Source of the DNA: Paludibacteraceae bacterium
Lineage (GTDB): Bacteria > Bacteroidota > Bacteroidia > Bacteroidales > Paludibacteraceae
Assembly: GCA_905235225.1 (NCBI GenBank)
Contig: CAJOKE010000014.1
Coordinates: forward strand, 4,175-68,174
Direction: 5' to 3'
DNA: 64,000 bases
Shown here: in pieces, positions 1-9,532 of the stretch
Layout of the letters: every line of letters starts with the position of its first letter
How positions within the stretch are numbered: the stretch's first letter is position 1
The notes under the pieces: model-generated
Databases searched by the model: none
Told to the model about the DNA's origin: nothing
Seen by the model: only the letters and a program-made list of their open reading frames with translations
Program-made: the position numbers and the translations under genes

Positions 1-228
1 AAGCAATGTCGTAAGTGTCAATCCCCACAAGCCTTTAAGTGAGGCCTCTTCCAAATACAGATTTTCCATATTCGGTGTAACTTCGTCCAAACCGGTAGCA
101 CCAAGTTCAAACATCCGATGCACCTGAGCATCGGATGGTGTAGTAAGTTGAATAACAGGTACAAAAAACAAAAGTGTACCCAAAATAACAATGACTAACA
201 AATAGAGTGTTTGAATACGCTGAATCAT
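1..228 (-). CDS. DUF4293-like small membrane protein, N-terminal part only (gene runs off the left edge)
   Basis: A reverse-strand ATG at 226-228 opens an uninterrupted 76-codon frame to position 1 (MIQRIQTLYLLVIVILGTLLFFVPV...). MIQRIQT.YLL followed by a hydrophobic helix is the usual DUF4293 N-terminus in Bacteroidetes. It is absent from the ORF track because there is no stop inside the window. Confidence 0.5.
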   Translation of the reverse strand, partial: MIQRIQTLYLLVIVILGTLLFFVPVIQLTTPSDAQVHRMFELGATGLDEVTPNMENLYLEEASLKGLWGLTLTTLL

Positions 229-259
229 ATAACTTATGTTATTTAATGTTTGGACATAG

Positions 260-829
260 TTAAACGAGTTTAACTTCATTGTTTTGAAGCATATAGCGTT
301 CGCCTGTTGCCGGGCAAGTCGCATATCCAACCGCATCAAAATGAAGTTTTTCCCCATGACGGCTAACCCACCCTATCTGACGTGCCGGATTACCGACCAT
401 AAGGGCAAATGGAGGAACATCTTTTGTAACCACACTACCAGCCCCTATCAGGCAATATTCACCCAATTCATGGCCACAAACAATCGTAGCATTAGCCCCA
501 ACTGAAGCTCCTTTTCTAATTACCGTTTCGCGATATTCTGATTTCCGACTAACAGCAGAACGCGGATTAATGACATTGGTAAAAACCATTGACGGTCCGA
601 GAAAGACATCGTCTTCACAACGAACACCTGTATAAACAGAAACATTATTTTGAATCTTGCAATTCCGTCCCAAAACGACACCTGGAGAAATTACCACATT
701 CTGTCCGATATTACAATCTTCACCAATAGTACAATCCGCCATGATATGACTAAAATGCCATATTTTTGTTCCTTTTCCTATTTGACACCCTTCGTCCACA
801 TAGGACGATTCATGAACAAAATATTCCAT
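260..829 (-). CDS. Left-handed beta-helix (hexapeptide repeat) sugar N-acetyltransferase, WbpD/WlbB-like
   Basis: 189 aa with repeated [LIV]G..... hexapeptides (IGKGTKIW, IGEDCNIGQNVVI, VGANATIV, IGAGSVVTKDVPP...VGNPAR). This layout is typical of UDP-aminosugar N-acetyltransferases. Confidence 0.75.
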   Translation of the reverse strand: MEYFVHESSYVDEGCQIGKGTKIWHFSHIMADCTIGEDCNIGQNVVISPGVVLGRNCKIQNNVSVYTGVRCEDDVFLGPSMVFTNVINPRSAVSRKSEYRETVIRKGASVGANATIVCGHELGEYCLIGAGSVVTKDVPPFALMVGNPARQIGWVSRHGEKLHFDAVGYATCPATGERYMLQNNEVKLV

Positions 830-838
830 ATTCCACTC

Positions 839-1858
839 TTATTTAGTAACAGTTCTTATATTTTTTAACACTCTCTTATTTCTTGAACAGGCGGCAAAAA
901 TACCATAACCGCCATCAATATTTGAATATACCTGTACATCCTCTTCGGAGCCTATCATATCATTCAATCCTGCGACAAGATCAAAATCTCCATTTCGGCT
1001 ATAATCTCTCCCCAAATACATAGAGCGTCTGAATAGATAAGAATCCAGACTATGGGCGTTAACCGAAACAACCATCTCTTCAACTCGAAGTTCGGCATTC
1101 TCAATACTATCCCTATTCGGATAACTATATGGTATCTTCAAGGTCACAAACACAGAGTCTTTCGATTGGGGTGTACAAAATAATTCATATCGAGTTGAAT
1201 ATCCTAAATCACCGGTCAAGTTATTAGGCACAGAGGCAAACAAACTATCTGTAGAGCCAAAATAAGTAGTTGTTCCGTAAGTTTTGTATGTTCGATTCCT
1301 GGATTTGTATGACAAGAAATATCTACACCCGACACTTATGCCTAACATCACACTATCTGTTTTCAAGTATTTATCCAACATAAGCACCAGCTCAATATAA
1401 TGACTTTGAGCGTTCTGATACAGTGTTTTTTGGGTATTATTATAAAACCATATATTATAATTCGGTTTAGGTACAACAATTTGTTCCGCTGAAATAGGAT
1501 TATAACTCGGATGTGATGCCAGTAATCGGATTGTATCTCCTTGTTGAAGAGGTGTATCCAAATGTACCTCAAATGCTTTGGAGTAATTTAACCATGTCAT
1601 AGACACCCATTCACCACTATTGCGTTGCATCCGGGTGTCAGCATCAGACATTAAATACCTGTTTACATTATATGTCTCATCATCCAAGAAAAAACGGGAA
1701 CGTGAAACATATGCCTTAATGATGGTATCACCTGCACTAACCTCTGATTGTAAGACTAATAATTCCGGCGTCACTACTCCTTCATATGCAATCTGCCGCT
1801 CACAAGATGTAGCAATCCATAGTAAAGACAGAAAATATATTACAAAACGTTTAGTCAT
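839..1858 (-). CDS. Lipoprotein, probably DUF4249 family (partner of the upstream TonB-dependent receptor)
   Basis: Lipoprotein signal MTKRFVIYFLSLLWIATSC. The gene lies 6 nt downstream of a CarboxypepD_reg-type TonB-dependent receptor, which is the usual context for DUF4249. The family name is from recollection and was not searched. Confidence 0.45.
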   Translation of the reverse strand: MTKRFVIYFLSLLWIATSCERQIAYEGVVTPELLVLQSEVSAGDTIIKAYVSRSRFFLDDETYNVNRYLMSDADTRMQRNSGEWVSMTWLNYSKAFEVHLDTPLQQGDTIRLLASHPSYNPISAEQIVVPKPNYNIWFYNNTQKTLYQNAQSHYIELVLMLDKYLKTDSVMLGISVGCRYFLSYKSRNRTYKTYGTTTYFGSTDSLFASVPNNLTGDLGYSTRYELFCTPQSKDSVFVTLKIPYSYPNRDSIENAELRVEEMVVSVNAHSLDSYLFRRSMYLGRDYSRNGDFDLVAGLNDMIGSEEDVQVYSNIDGGYGIFAACSRNKRVLKNIRTVTK

Positions 1859-1864
1859 TGATAG

Positions 1865-4300
1865 TTAGAATTTGAATGTATAACTGACACTTGGAAATAT
1901 AGGGAACAAACTAAACTTCTCCAATTGACGCCCCGAAGCATAAACAAGGAAGGGATTGAAATTACAATACGCATTATATACAGACATATTAACTATGTGT
2001 TCACACCCCTTACGTTTTTTTGCAGGCATATGACATGTTGCCCCCAAATCCAAACGATGATAGTCCGGCATCTTATAATTATTCCGTTCCTCTACAATCG
2101 GAACGCGGATTCCCGAAGCATTACCGGGGTACACGGTGCTTGGAAATAAATAATCCGTTGTGTATTGAAGAGCAAGTGTTCCGCGTGTACCCGTTCCATA
2201 GACAAAGGTGGCTGCAATTTCCCATTTACGGTTTATTTGATATTGAAGGGTAAGACTAACATCATGCTCGCGATCATATTTGGCGTGGAACGGCTTGCCA
2301 TAATTGATTTGTTGCCCCTCCCTGTCAAACTGCCGCATTGTCCGTGACCATGTATAGCCAATCCAGCCCGTAACAGGCCCTACTTTGCGCTGCAGAAGCA
2401 ACTCAACGCCATAACTCCATCCATCTCCTACACAAACCTGCTCCTGCCAATTCTTACCGGAAATATACGAAGCCCCATCCTTGTATTCAATGAGATTTAC
2501 CATCCGTTTGTAATATCCTTCAACAGATAACTCAACTTGATTACAAATATTATACGTTAGACCGACTGCTCCTTGCATGGCTCGCATAGGAGGAATGTTC
2601 ACTGTTACCGGAACCCATAAATCCGTTGGTAAAGAGAGTGATGAATTTGAAAGCATATGCACATATTGAGACATATAAGCATACGAAAGTTTGAGTGCCA
2701 AATCTTTATATAACAAGAAACGCATTCCCACACGAGGTTCAATAGAAGGATATGTCTTTCCTGAAATATGATATAAACCGGCATGAAGTCCGTAATTCAG
2801 ACGATACCAACTACAGGGACTAAAATTATCTTCAAAATACAAATTAGCCTCATGTGCATACATGACATCGGATGAAGCAACCACAGTGCTATATTTTTGT
2901 GTTTCAACACCTGTATTATCAATATACATTGATGTAACTTGAGGCTTGAACATATGAAAAGTGTAACGCAGACCGAAATGGATCTCATGCCTATTATTCG
3001 GACGCCACTCATAATTATTTTGCAGCATCAAGTCCATAATATACGAATTGTAATTAATCCCTAAATCGTTTTGGGATTCAATTTGATTCTCTACATAATT
3101 TTCGATCATTGATATGCCTAAATTATACTTATAGCGCGTAAAACTAAATTGCGTCGTATTGTATAATCGCGGAGTAAAACGATGTTCATAATTAGCCGCA
3201 ACAAAAATATTTCCCCAATTGTAACGCAAGTTCGTCTTTGCGTTATTATTATTTCCTAAATTTTGACGTATTCGGGCATAAATAACATCCTCGCCCATAT
3301 AAAACGAACCACTCAATTTATCGTTTTCTGAAAATATATGAGTCAACTTGGCATTGATATCATAGAAATAATAGCCACCCGTTGCCACCTCATCTCCTTC
3401 GGATTCCGAAGCGGTTAATGCTGCTGCAATAGGTGCAACAAACAGGTCATATAATGTACGACGCGCGGATATATTAAAGGTCGTTTGACCTTTTATCCCT
3501 TCATGGTTCTTGTAAGCACTCCAATCTTTTTTATTCCAATAAATAGGTCCTTCAACACTAACTTTGGTCGCAATTAGACCAACTGTTACATTGCCATGAT
3601 AGCCATAAGCATCACCATCTTTTTGTCTCACATCTATGATAGATGATAATCGCCCTCCGTAACGAGCAGGAAAATTACCCTTGTATAAAGTTACATTTTT
3701 AACGGCATCAGCATTAAAAACAGAAAAAAATCCCAACATATGATTGACGGAATACAAAGGAACGCCATCCAACATTATCAAATTTTCATCAGGACCACCA
3801 CCACGAACATACATTCCGGCAGAACCCTCTGAACCGGACTGCACACCCGGTAAAAGCTGAATAGCTTTAAGTATATCCACTTCTCCGCCGATAGCGGGAA
3901 TGCCTTTGATTTGTGACACAGGGACCTCCACCGCGGACATCTGTACTGTTTGAACACCACTGACTGCGGTATTAGCATTTACCGTCACCTCCTGCAATAC
4001 AGCGGACGACTCTAAAAACACCTCAATAAAGGTATCCCTTTCTACTACAAAAGGACTCATTCGGCAGGGGGTATATCCTACATAGGAAACATATATCTCA
4101 ACTTCTTGATTTGGTAGTGTCAAAGAATAAAAACCACTCGTATTGCTAATTGTTCCCTGCCCGGAACGTGCGTCCAAAATAGTTGCTCCAATTAGACGCT
4201 CGTTTGTCGATTTATCGGTTACATAACCATTTACGGTATAATTACGAGCATTTAGGAAACATGAAACAAAGAGCAATATGAATATCGGTCTAATTCGCAT
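1865..4300 (-). CDS. TonB-dependent outer-membrane receptor with N-terminal carboxypeptidase-regulatory-like domain
   Basis: The start was trimmed to MRIRPIFILLFVSCFLNARNYTVNGYVTDKSTNERLIGATI (signal peptide plus CarboxypepD_reg). A plug motif is present (VDILKAIQLLPGVQS...MYVRGG..DENLIMLDGVP). The C-terminus is SVSYTFKF, ending in an aromatic residue. Confidence 0.85.
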   Translation of the reverse strand: MRIRPIFILLFVSCFLNARNYTVNGYVTDKSTNERLIGATILDARSGQGTISNTSGFYSLTLPNQEVEIYVSYVGYTPCRMSPFVVERDTFIEVFLESSAVLQEVTVNANTAVSGVQTVQMSAVEVPVSQIKGIPAIGGEVDILKAIQLLPGVQSGSEGSAGMYVRGGGPDENLIMLDGVPLYSVNHMLGFFSVFNADAVKNVTLYKGNFPARYGGRLSSIIDVRQKDGDAYGYHGNVTVGLIATKVSVEGPIYWNKKDWSAYKNHEGIKGQTTFNISARRTLYDLFVAPIAAALTASESEGDEVATGGYYFYDINAKLTHIFSENDKLSGSFYMGEDVIYARIRQNLGNNNNAKTNLRYNWGNIFVAANYEHRFTPRLYNTTQFSFTRYKYNLGISMIENYVENQIESQNDLGINYNSYIMDLMLQNNYEWRPNNRHEIHFGLRYTFHMFKPQVTSMYIDNTGVETQKYSTVVASSDVMYAHEANLYFEDNFSPCSWYRLNYGLHAGLYHISGKTYPSIEPRVGMRFLLYKDLALKLSYAYMSQYVHMLSNSSLSLPTDLWVPVTVNIPPMRAMQGAVGLTYNICNQVELSVEGYYKRMVNLIEYKDGASYISGKNWQEQVCVGDGWSYGVELLLQRKVGPVTGWIGYTWSRTMRQFDREGQQINYGKPFHAKYDREHDVSLTLQYQINRKWEIAATFVYGTGTRGTLALQYTTDYLFPSTVYPGNASGIRVPIVEERNNYKMPDYHRLDLGATCHMPAKKRKGCEHIVNMSVYNAYCNFNPFLVYASGRQLEKFSLFPIFPSVSYTFKF

Positions 4301-4301
4301 G

Positions 4302-5747
4302 TCACATAAAGAAATACTTGAGAATATCATTGCCATTAGCAAAGATCAGCAGTGCCAATAGTAACCAAAAACCGATATTGTTGGCAAACTCAAGAAACTT
4401 GTCGCTTGGTTGTTTGCGAGTAACCATTTCTACGATTAAAAACAGAATATATCCGCCATCCAAAGCCGGTATGGGCAGAAAATTCATGAATGCAAGAATC
4501 AACGACAAGAACGCAGTCATATGCCAGAATGCGAACCAATTCCACTGGTCCGGGAACATATTCCCGATGGCGCCAAAGCCTCCTAAAGACTGTGCACCTT
4601 CTTTAGTAAATACCAAGCGGAATTGCTTAACATACATAACAAGTAAATCCCATCCATACTTTATTCCGGCAGGAATAGACTGCCAGAAAGTATAGTCTTG
4701 ATGTTCTGTCTCAAAGTACTGATATTTATTCTTAACATATACGCCAATAATTGCTCTGTCACCAATGAATAGACGTGCTTGCTTTGGTTCGCCCGAACGG
4801 TAAAAGTCAATAGTGACGCTATCGCAAGGATATTTGCGTAGTTCTTCAATCACTTCTACTGCACAAGGCGTCAGCACCCCATTAACAGCCACCAGACTAT
4901 CACCTTTCTCAATACCGGCATAATAAGCAGCCTGCTCGGGCATAACAGAGTCAACCACATATGGAATAAACTCAGTTACAAGCAAATAGGATCGTTTTTG
5001 ATATGATTTGTCAGCACGAGCCTTATCCCTTTCCGCTCTGTCAAATTCATTCTGTGCAGCCAAATACCGGGTTCCCAAGTCTTCGGACATTGTTAAAGCT
5101 AACGTATCTGCCCCACGTTTAACGATTACATTTCGTCGTCCTTCAAGAATAATCCATTGAACAACATCAGCAATATCTTGCGGTTCTTCTCCGTCAATGG
5201 ATAAGATTTTATCGTGCTGTTCGAATCCTTCTCCCCGCATGATTTCAGAGAAATACAAGCCGCTATCAACATTGCGCAGAGGTAGTGTATCCATTCCAAA
5301 ATGGAAGAGCAACAAGCCAAAAATCATAAGTGCTGCCACAAAATTTACAAATATACCACCAATGATAATGCAGAAACGTTGCCAAACATTCTTGGAGCGG
5401 AATTCCCATGGTTGAGGAGGATTTTTACCCACCTGTTCACTATCATGTGTTTCGTCCACCATGCCGGCAATAGCACAATAACCACCAACAGGAATCCAGC
5501 CTATCCCCCACTCTGTATTTTCGGGATGCTTTGCCCACTCATCATCCTCTGTCACGTTTTTGGCAAAGAATTTGAAGTGCCACTTACCATTAAATTTCTT
5601 TGCTCTGAAAATAGAGAACTGCGGGTTAAAAAACATATAGAATTTTTCCACACGAACATGGAATAATTTTGCAAACATGAAATGCCCAAACTCATGAATA
5701 AGTACAAGGAATGAAAGGGCAACAATTAACTGCAATGCTTGTATCAT
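4302..5747 (-). CDS. rseP: RIP zinc metalloprotease RseP (site-2 protease)
   Basis: HEFGH zinc motif at the N-terminus, PDZ-like central part, C-terminal NFLPIPALDGG motif, multiple TM helices. Confidence 0.9.
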   Translation of the reverse strand: MIQALQLIVALSFLVLIHEFGHFMFAKLFHVRVEKFYMFFNPQFSIFRAKKFNGKWHFKFFAKNVTEDDEWAKHPENTEWGIGWIPVGGYCAIAGMVDETHDSEQVGKNPPQPWEFRSKNVWQRFCIIIGGIFVNFVAALMIFGLLLFHFGMDTLPLRNVDSGLYFSEIMRGEGFEQHDKILSIDGEEPQDIADVVQWIILEGRRNVIVKRGADTLALTMSEDLGTRYLAAQNEFDRAERDKARADKSYQKRSYLLVTEFIPYVVDSVMPEQAAYYAGIEKGDSLVAVNGVLTPCAVEVIEELRKYPCDSVTIDFYRSGEPKQARLFIGDRAIIGVYVKNKYQYFETEHQDYTFWQSIPAGIKYGWDLLVMYVKQFRLVFTKEGAQSLGGFGAIGNMFPDQWNWFAFWHMTAFLSLILAFMNFLPIPALDGGYILFLIVEMVTRKQPSDKFLEFANNIGFWLLLALLIFANGNDILKYFFM

Positions 5748-5764
5748 AGATTTTTTTCGATTTT

Positions 5765-6931
5765 TTAGGACTTTAATTTTTGTAACAACCGAGCAGCAAT
5801 CTGTCTGGCAATATCATCAGTAGCCACGTAGTTTTCATATTCCGGTTCTGCAATAAAATCAACACACTCCATCGTTTCTGCTATAATCTCTGACATTTGT
5901 AAGAACGAACATTTTCTTTCTCTAAATGCCAAGTTTACCACCTCATTTGCAGCATTGAGAACACACGGCATGTTGCCTCCTTTCCCAATAGCATCGTATG
6001 CCAAACGCAGATTAGGGAAACGTGTCATATCAGGTTGCTCAAAAGTGAGATTTTTAACAGAAAACAAATCCACCCGTGCAAAGTCATTAGGCAAACGCTC
6101 AGGATATGCCAAAGCATACTGAATGGGTAAACGCATATCAGGCTCACCTAATTGTGCTTTTATAGCACCGTCCCGGAACTGAACCGCCGAATGCACAATT
6201 GACTGTGGATGGACAAGAACCTGTATCTTCTCTGCCGGGACACCGAACAACCACTTTGCCTCAATAACCTCGAAACCCTTATTCATCATGGATGCCGAGT
6301 CTATCGTTATTTTTGCACCCATACTCCAATTCGGATGGCAAAGTGCTTCTTCAGGTGTTACATTTGCCATCTGCTCCAAGGTGTAGTTCCTGAAAGGACC
6401 ACCAGACGCGGTCAGCAAAATTTTCTCTATTTCATTATTACCTTCCCCAACAAGAGATTGGAAGATAGCTGAATGTTCACTATCCACAGGCAAAATCGGT
6501 GAATGATATTGCTGCGCCAGTTTGCAAATAAGTTCACCTGCGACGACCAAAGTCTCTTTGTTTGCCAAAGCAATTGTTTTTCCGGCCTTAATTGCCTCAA
6601 TCGTTGGCTTCAGACCGGCGTAACCAACCATAGCAGCCACCACAATATCAATACTGGGTAGAGTGACCATTTGAGCAATTGCGTCTGCCCCTGCCCAGAC
6701 TTTGATATTCATGTCAGCAAGAGCAGCCTTCACCTGTTCATATAAGTTTGTATCAGCAATACATACAACCTCAGGCTGAAACTCCCGAGCCTGCTGAACA
6801 AGCAAATCTACATTATGGTTGCCCGTTATGGCATAGACCTCAAATCGGCTCGGATTAAGACGTACTACATCCAAAGTCTGAGTTCCGACAGAACCGGTTG
6901 AACCTAATATAGCTATTTTTTTAGTCATCAA
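5765..6931 (-). CDS. dxr: 1-deoxy-D-xylulose 5-phosphate reductoisomerase
   Basis: ILGSTGSVGTQTLDV NADPH-binding N-terminus, LANKE, SEHSAIFQ, NKGLE-like motif (NKGFEVIEA). Length 388 aa. Classic dxr-rseP linkage. Confidence 0.95.
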   Translation of the reverse strand: MMTKKIAILGSTGSVGTQTLDVVRLNPSRFEVYAITGNHNVDLLVQQAREFQPEVVCIADTNLYEQVKAALADMNIKVWAGADAIAQMVTLPSIDIVVAAMVGYAGLKPTIEAIKAGKTIALANKETLVVAGELICKLAQQYHSPILPVDSEHSAIFQSLVGEGNNEIEKILLTASGGPFRNYTLEQMANVTPEEALCHPNWSMGAKITIDSASMMNKGFEVIEAKWLFGVPAEKIQVLVHPQSIVHSAVQFRDGAIKAQLGEPDMRLPIQYALAYPERLPNDFARVDLFSVKNLTFEQPDMTRFPNLRLAYDAIGKGGNMPCVLNAANEVVNLAFRERKCSFLQMSEIIAETMECVDFIAEPEYENYVATDDIARQIAARLLQKLKS

Positions 6932-7767
6932 AACACTATTACCTCTTCAGGGTTAATACTCATACCGTTTTGCCAAAGTTCAAAATATAGGGGATACTTA
7001 TCAGATGATAAAGCAATGCTTTCCCCCGCCTGAACAGATTCGCCGACATGCTTGAGAACTTTACCGACATTTCTATATATAGACAGGTATGTCTGATGCT
7101 GAACAAAAACAGAAAAAGTATTATTCAGTTCATAATTCACATGAATAATCGACCCCGCCAGAACAGCAGTGATATTTTCATTAAGAGGTGTCTGAATCTC
7201 AACTCCGAACTGTTTAGCCTCTGCGGAATAATGGGATACAATAACCCCATGGGCGGGGAGAAAGAATGTTATAACCGGTTGCGTTTGCTGAACATCAAAT
7301 AATTGGAGATAATCGCGTTCCTTCTCCTCATACTGCGCCATAAAATCAACTGTAGCAGCATTCTTCGCCTCTAACAACTGCTCCCGCATCACAATCTGCA
7401 TAGAGTCCAGACTCTGAATCGTATCGGATTTCACCTCTCCTGAAACCACATCACGAATGACGGACAAGTATTGTGTTTGCAGTTCCAGCACGGTTCCCAA
7501 CGAGTCTACTCTTTGCGATTCATCTATCAAGCGTTGGCGAATACTTTCCGAATAGCCAGGAAGCACATTACGAATAGGCGTATAAAATATAAGGAGTGAA
7601 TAAATCGCCAGCGTTACAACAAACAGGAGCGACAGGAGTACAAAGACCCCCATCCTACTGAGACGAGTATGCCAAATCTCAGTAAAAGTGTCCTCGTTCA
7701 TGACACTCAGGCGGTACTTATATAAAAGCCTTCTCCAAAAACTATCCTTGTTATTCGAACTCACCAT
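6928..7767 (-). CDS. Membrane-anchored M23/LytM-domain protein with a degenerate active site (EnvC/NlpD-like activator type)
   Basis: One TM helix (MGVFVLLSLLFVVTLAIYSLLIF), a coiled middle part and a C-terminal LytM fold (GVEIQTP...AVLAGSII...VFVQH...SIYRNVG...VQAGESIA...LYFELWQNG..INPE). The HxxxD and HxH zinc ligands are replaced (FGVEI, LYFEL). Confidence 0.65.
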   Translation of the reverse strand: MVSSNNKDSFWRRLLYKYRLSVMNEDTFTEIWHTRLSRMGVFVLLSLLFVVTLAIYSLLIFYTPIRNVLPGYSESIRQRLIDESQRVDSLGTVLELQTQYLSVIRDVVSGEVKSDTIQSLDSMQIVMREQLLEAKNAATVDFMAQYEEKERDYLQLFDVQQTQPVITFFLPAHGVIVSHYSAEAKQFGVEIQTPLNENITAVLAGSIIHVNYELNNTFSVFVQHQTYLSIYRNVGKVLKHVGESVQAGESIALSSDKYPLYFELWQNGMSINPEEVIVF

Positions 7768-7768
7768 T

Positions 7769-9406
7769 TTACATTATTGTGCAACCTGCACAGGGTTTGA
7801 GTTGTTTGAAGAAATCGTTTCCTTTGTCATCTACTAAAATAAATGCAGGGAAGTTTTCGACTTCAATCTTCCAAATGGCTTCCATTCCCAATTCAGGATA
7901 TTCAAGGCACTCGATAGATTTAATATTGTTCTGAGCCAATATTGCAGCAGGACCGCCAATAGAACCAAGATAGAAACCGCCATGCTTTTGGCAAGCATTT
8001 GTTACATCTATTGAACGATTTCCCTTTGCCAGCATAATCAACGATCCGCCATGTTCTTGGAACTCATCTACATACGGATCCATACGGCCGGCTGTTGTGG
8101 GACCCATAGAGCCGCATGGCATTCCGGCAGGTGTTTTAGCCGGTCCGGCATAGTAAATAGGATGATTTTTAAGGTATTCGGGCATCGGCTCGCCGGCATC
8201 CAAACGGGCTTTGATTTTTGCGTGAGCAATGTCGCGACCGACAATTATAGTACCATTGAGGCTCAAACGGGTACCTATCGGGTATTTTGTCAATATTGCA
8301 CACACATCTTTCATCGGCTGATTAAGGTTAATGCATACAGCATCACCTTCGCCTGCCTGACGCAGTTCTGCAGGAATAAGGCTTCCCGGATTATTATCCA
8401 TCTTCTCAATCCAAATACCATCCTTATTGATTTTGCACTTTATATTACGGTCTGCCGAACAACTTACGCCCAAACCAATCGGGCAACTGGCACCATGACG
8501 CGGCAATCGAATAACCCGCACATCATGCGCCATATATTTTCCTCCGAATTGTGCACCTAAACCAATCTTATAAGCCTCTTGAAGCAGTTGTTTTTCCAAA
8601 TCTATATCACGAAATGCACGTCCGGAAGCATTGCCGCTTGTAGGCAGACTGTCGTAATAATGAGTTGATGCTAATTTAACCGTAAGCAGGTTCTTTTCGG
8701 CACTTGTGCCACCGATAACAATCGCAATATGATAAGGCGGGCATGCAGCAGTACCCAAACTCTTCATTTTCTCAACAAGGAAAGGAATCAGTGTACCGGG
8801 GTTCTGGATGCGCGCTTTTGTTTCCTGATACAGATATGTCTTATTTGCACTGCCTCCCCCCTTTGTCACACAAAGGAACCTATATTCCATTCCCTCAGTT
8901 GCTTCAAGGTCAATTTGAGCAGGAAGATTGCACTTTGTATTTACCTCTTCATACATGTTAAGAGGTGCATTTTGCGAATAACGCAGGTTGCACTCCGTAT
9001 AAGTTTTATAAACGCCCTCACTTAGAGCTTCCTCATCACAATATCCTGTCCACACTTGTTGTCCTTTTTCGCCATGGATAATAGCTGTTCCGGTATCTTG
9101 ACACAGCGGAAGTTGCCCTTTCGCTGCCACTTCAGCGTTACGCAGGAAGGTCAAAGCAACGTATTTGTCGTTATCGGAAGCTTCCGGGTCACGCAAAATT
9201 TTTGCAACCTGCTCGTTATGAGAACGACGCAGCATGAAACTGACATCATGGAACGCCGCATTCGCCATTTTAGTCAATCCTTCCTTTTCAATTTTAAGAA
9301 TAGGTTGTCCTTCAAACTCACTGACAGACACATGGTCTTTAGTCAGCAGATAATACTCGGTCTCATCTTTTCCGAGTTGAAACATCGGTTCATATTTGTA
9401 ATCCAT
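7769..9406 (-). CDS. Class I (Fe-S) fumarate hydratase, fused alpha/beta type
   Basis: About 545 aa after trimming to [21 protein letters not shown]. Typical [16 protein letters not shown] and GPTTAGRMD motifs. The 30 upstream codons of the tracked ORF run across the promoter box and were discarded. Confidence 0.9.
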   Translation of the reverse strand: MDYKYEPMFQLGKDETEYYLLTKDHVSVSEFEGQPILKIEKEGLTKMANAAFHDVSFMLRRSHNEQVAKILRDPEASDNDKYVALTFLRNAEVAAKGQLPLCQDTGTAIIHGEKGQQVWTGYCDEEALSEGVYKTYTECNLRYSQNAPLNMYEEVNTKCNLPAQIDLEATEGMEYRFLCVTKGGGSANKTYLYQETKARIQNPGTLIPFLVEKMKSLGTAACPPYHIAIVIGGTSAEKNLLTVKLASTHYYDSLPTSGNASGRAFRDIDLEKQLLQEAYKIGLGAQFGGKYMAHDVRVIRLPRHGASCPIGLGVSCSADRNIKCKINKDGIWIEKMDNNPGSLIPAELRQAGEGDAVCINLNQPMKDVCAILTKYPIGTRLSLNGTIIVGRDIAHAKIKARLDAGEPMPEYLKNHPIYYAGPAKTPAGMPCGSMGPTTAGRMDPYVDEFQEHGGSLIMLAKGNRSIDVTNACQKHGGFYLGSIGGPAAILAQNNIKSIECLEYPELGMEAIWKIEVENFPAFILVDDKGNDFFKQLKPCAGCTIM

Positions 9407-9443
9407 AAGGCAATAATTATTTGCAATTTGCATAATAAACGCG

Positions 9444-9451
9444 CAAAGGTA
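9444..9451 (-). promoter_or_regulatory. Bacteroidetes -7 promoter box TAnnTTTG (TACCTTTG) for the fumarase gene
   Basis: Plus-strand gcgCAAAGGTAg, 38 nt upstream of the trimmed start. Confidence 0.55.
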
Positions 9452-9472
9452 GTTATTTTTTTTGACATGCAC

Positions 9473-9504
9473 AAAAAAAAGTGTGATTTCGCACACTTTT
9501 TTTG
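9473..9504 (-). terminator. Possible intrinsic terminator after the dsbD-like gene
   Basis: aaaaaaaaGTGTGatttcgCACACttttttt: a short stem flanked by A and T runs, 30-60 nt downstream of the dsbD-like stop. The stem is weak. Confidence 0.4.
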
Positions 9505-9532
9505 TTTATTTAACATCCAACGGCACTTCAAC

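Noticed and set aside
9407-9496. N-terminal extensions of tracked ORFs (also 4301-4342, 16291-16419, 23568-23696, 37489-37551, 49307-49483, 55100-55141)
   Set aside because: The extensions run through TAnnTTTG promoter boxes or give implausible Cys/Phe-rich peptides. Internal starts give canonical N-termini or signal peptides.
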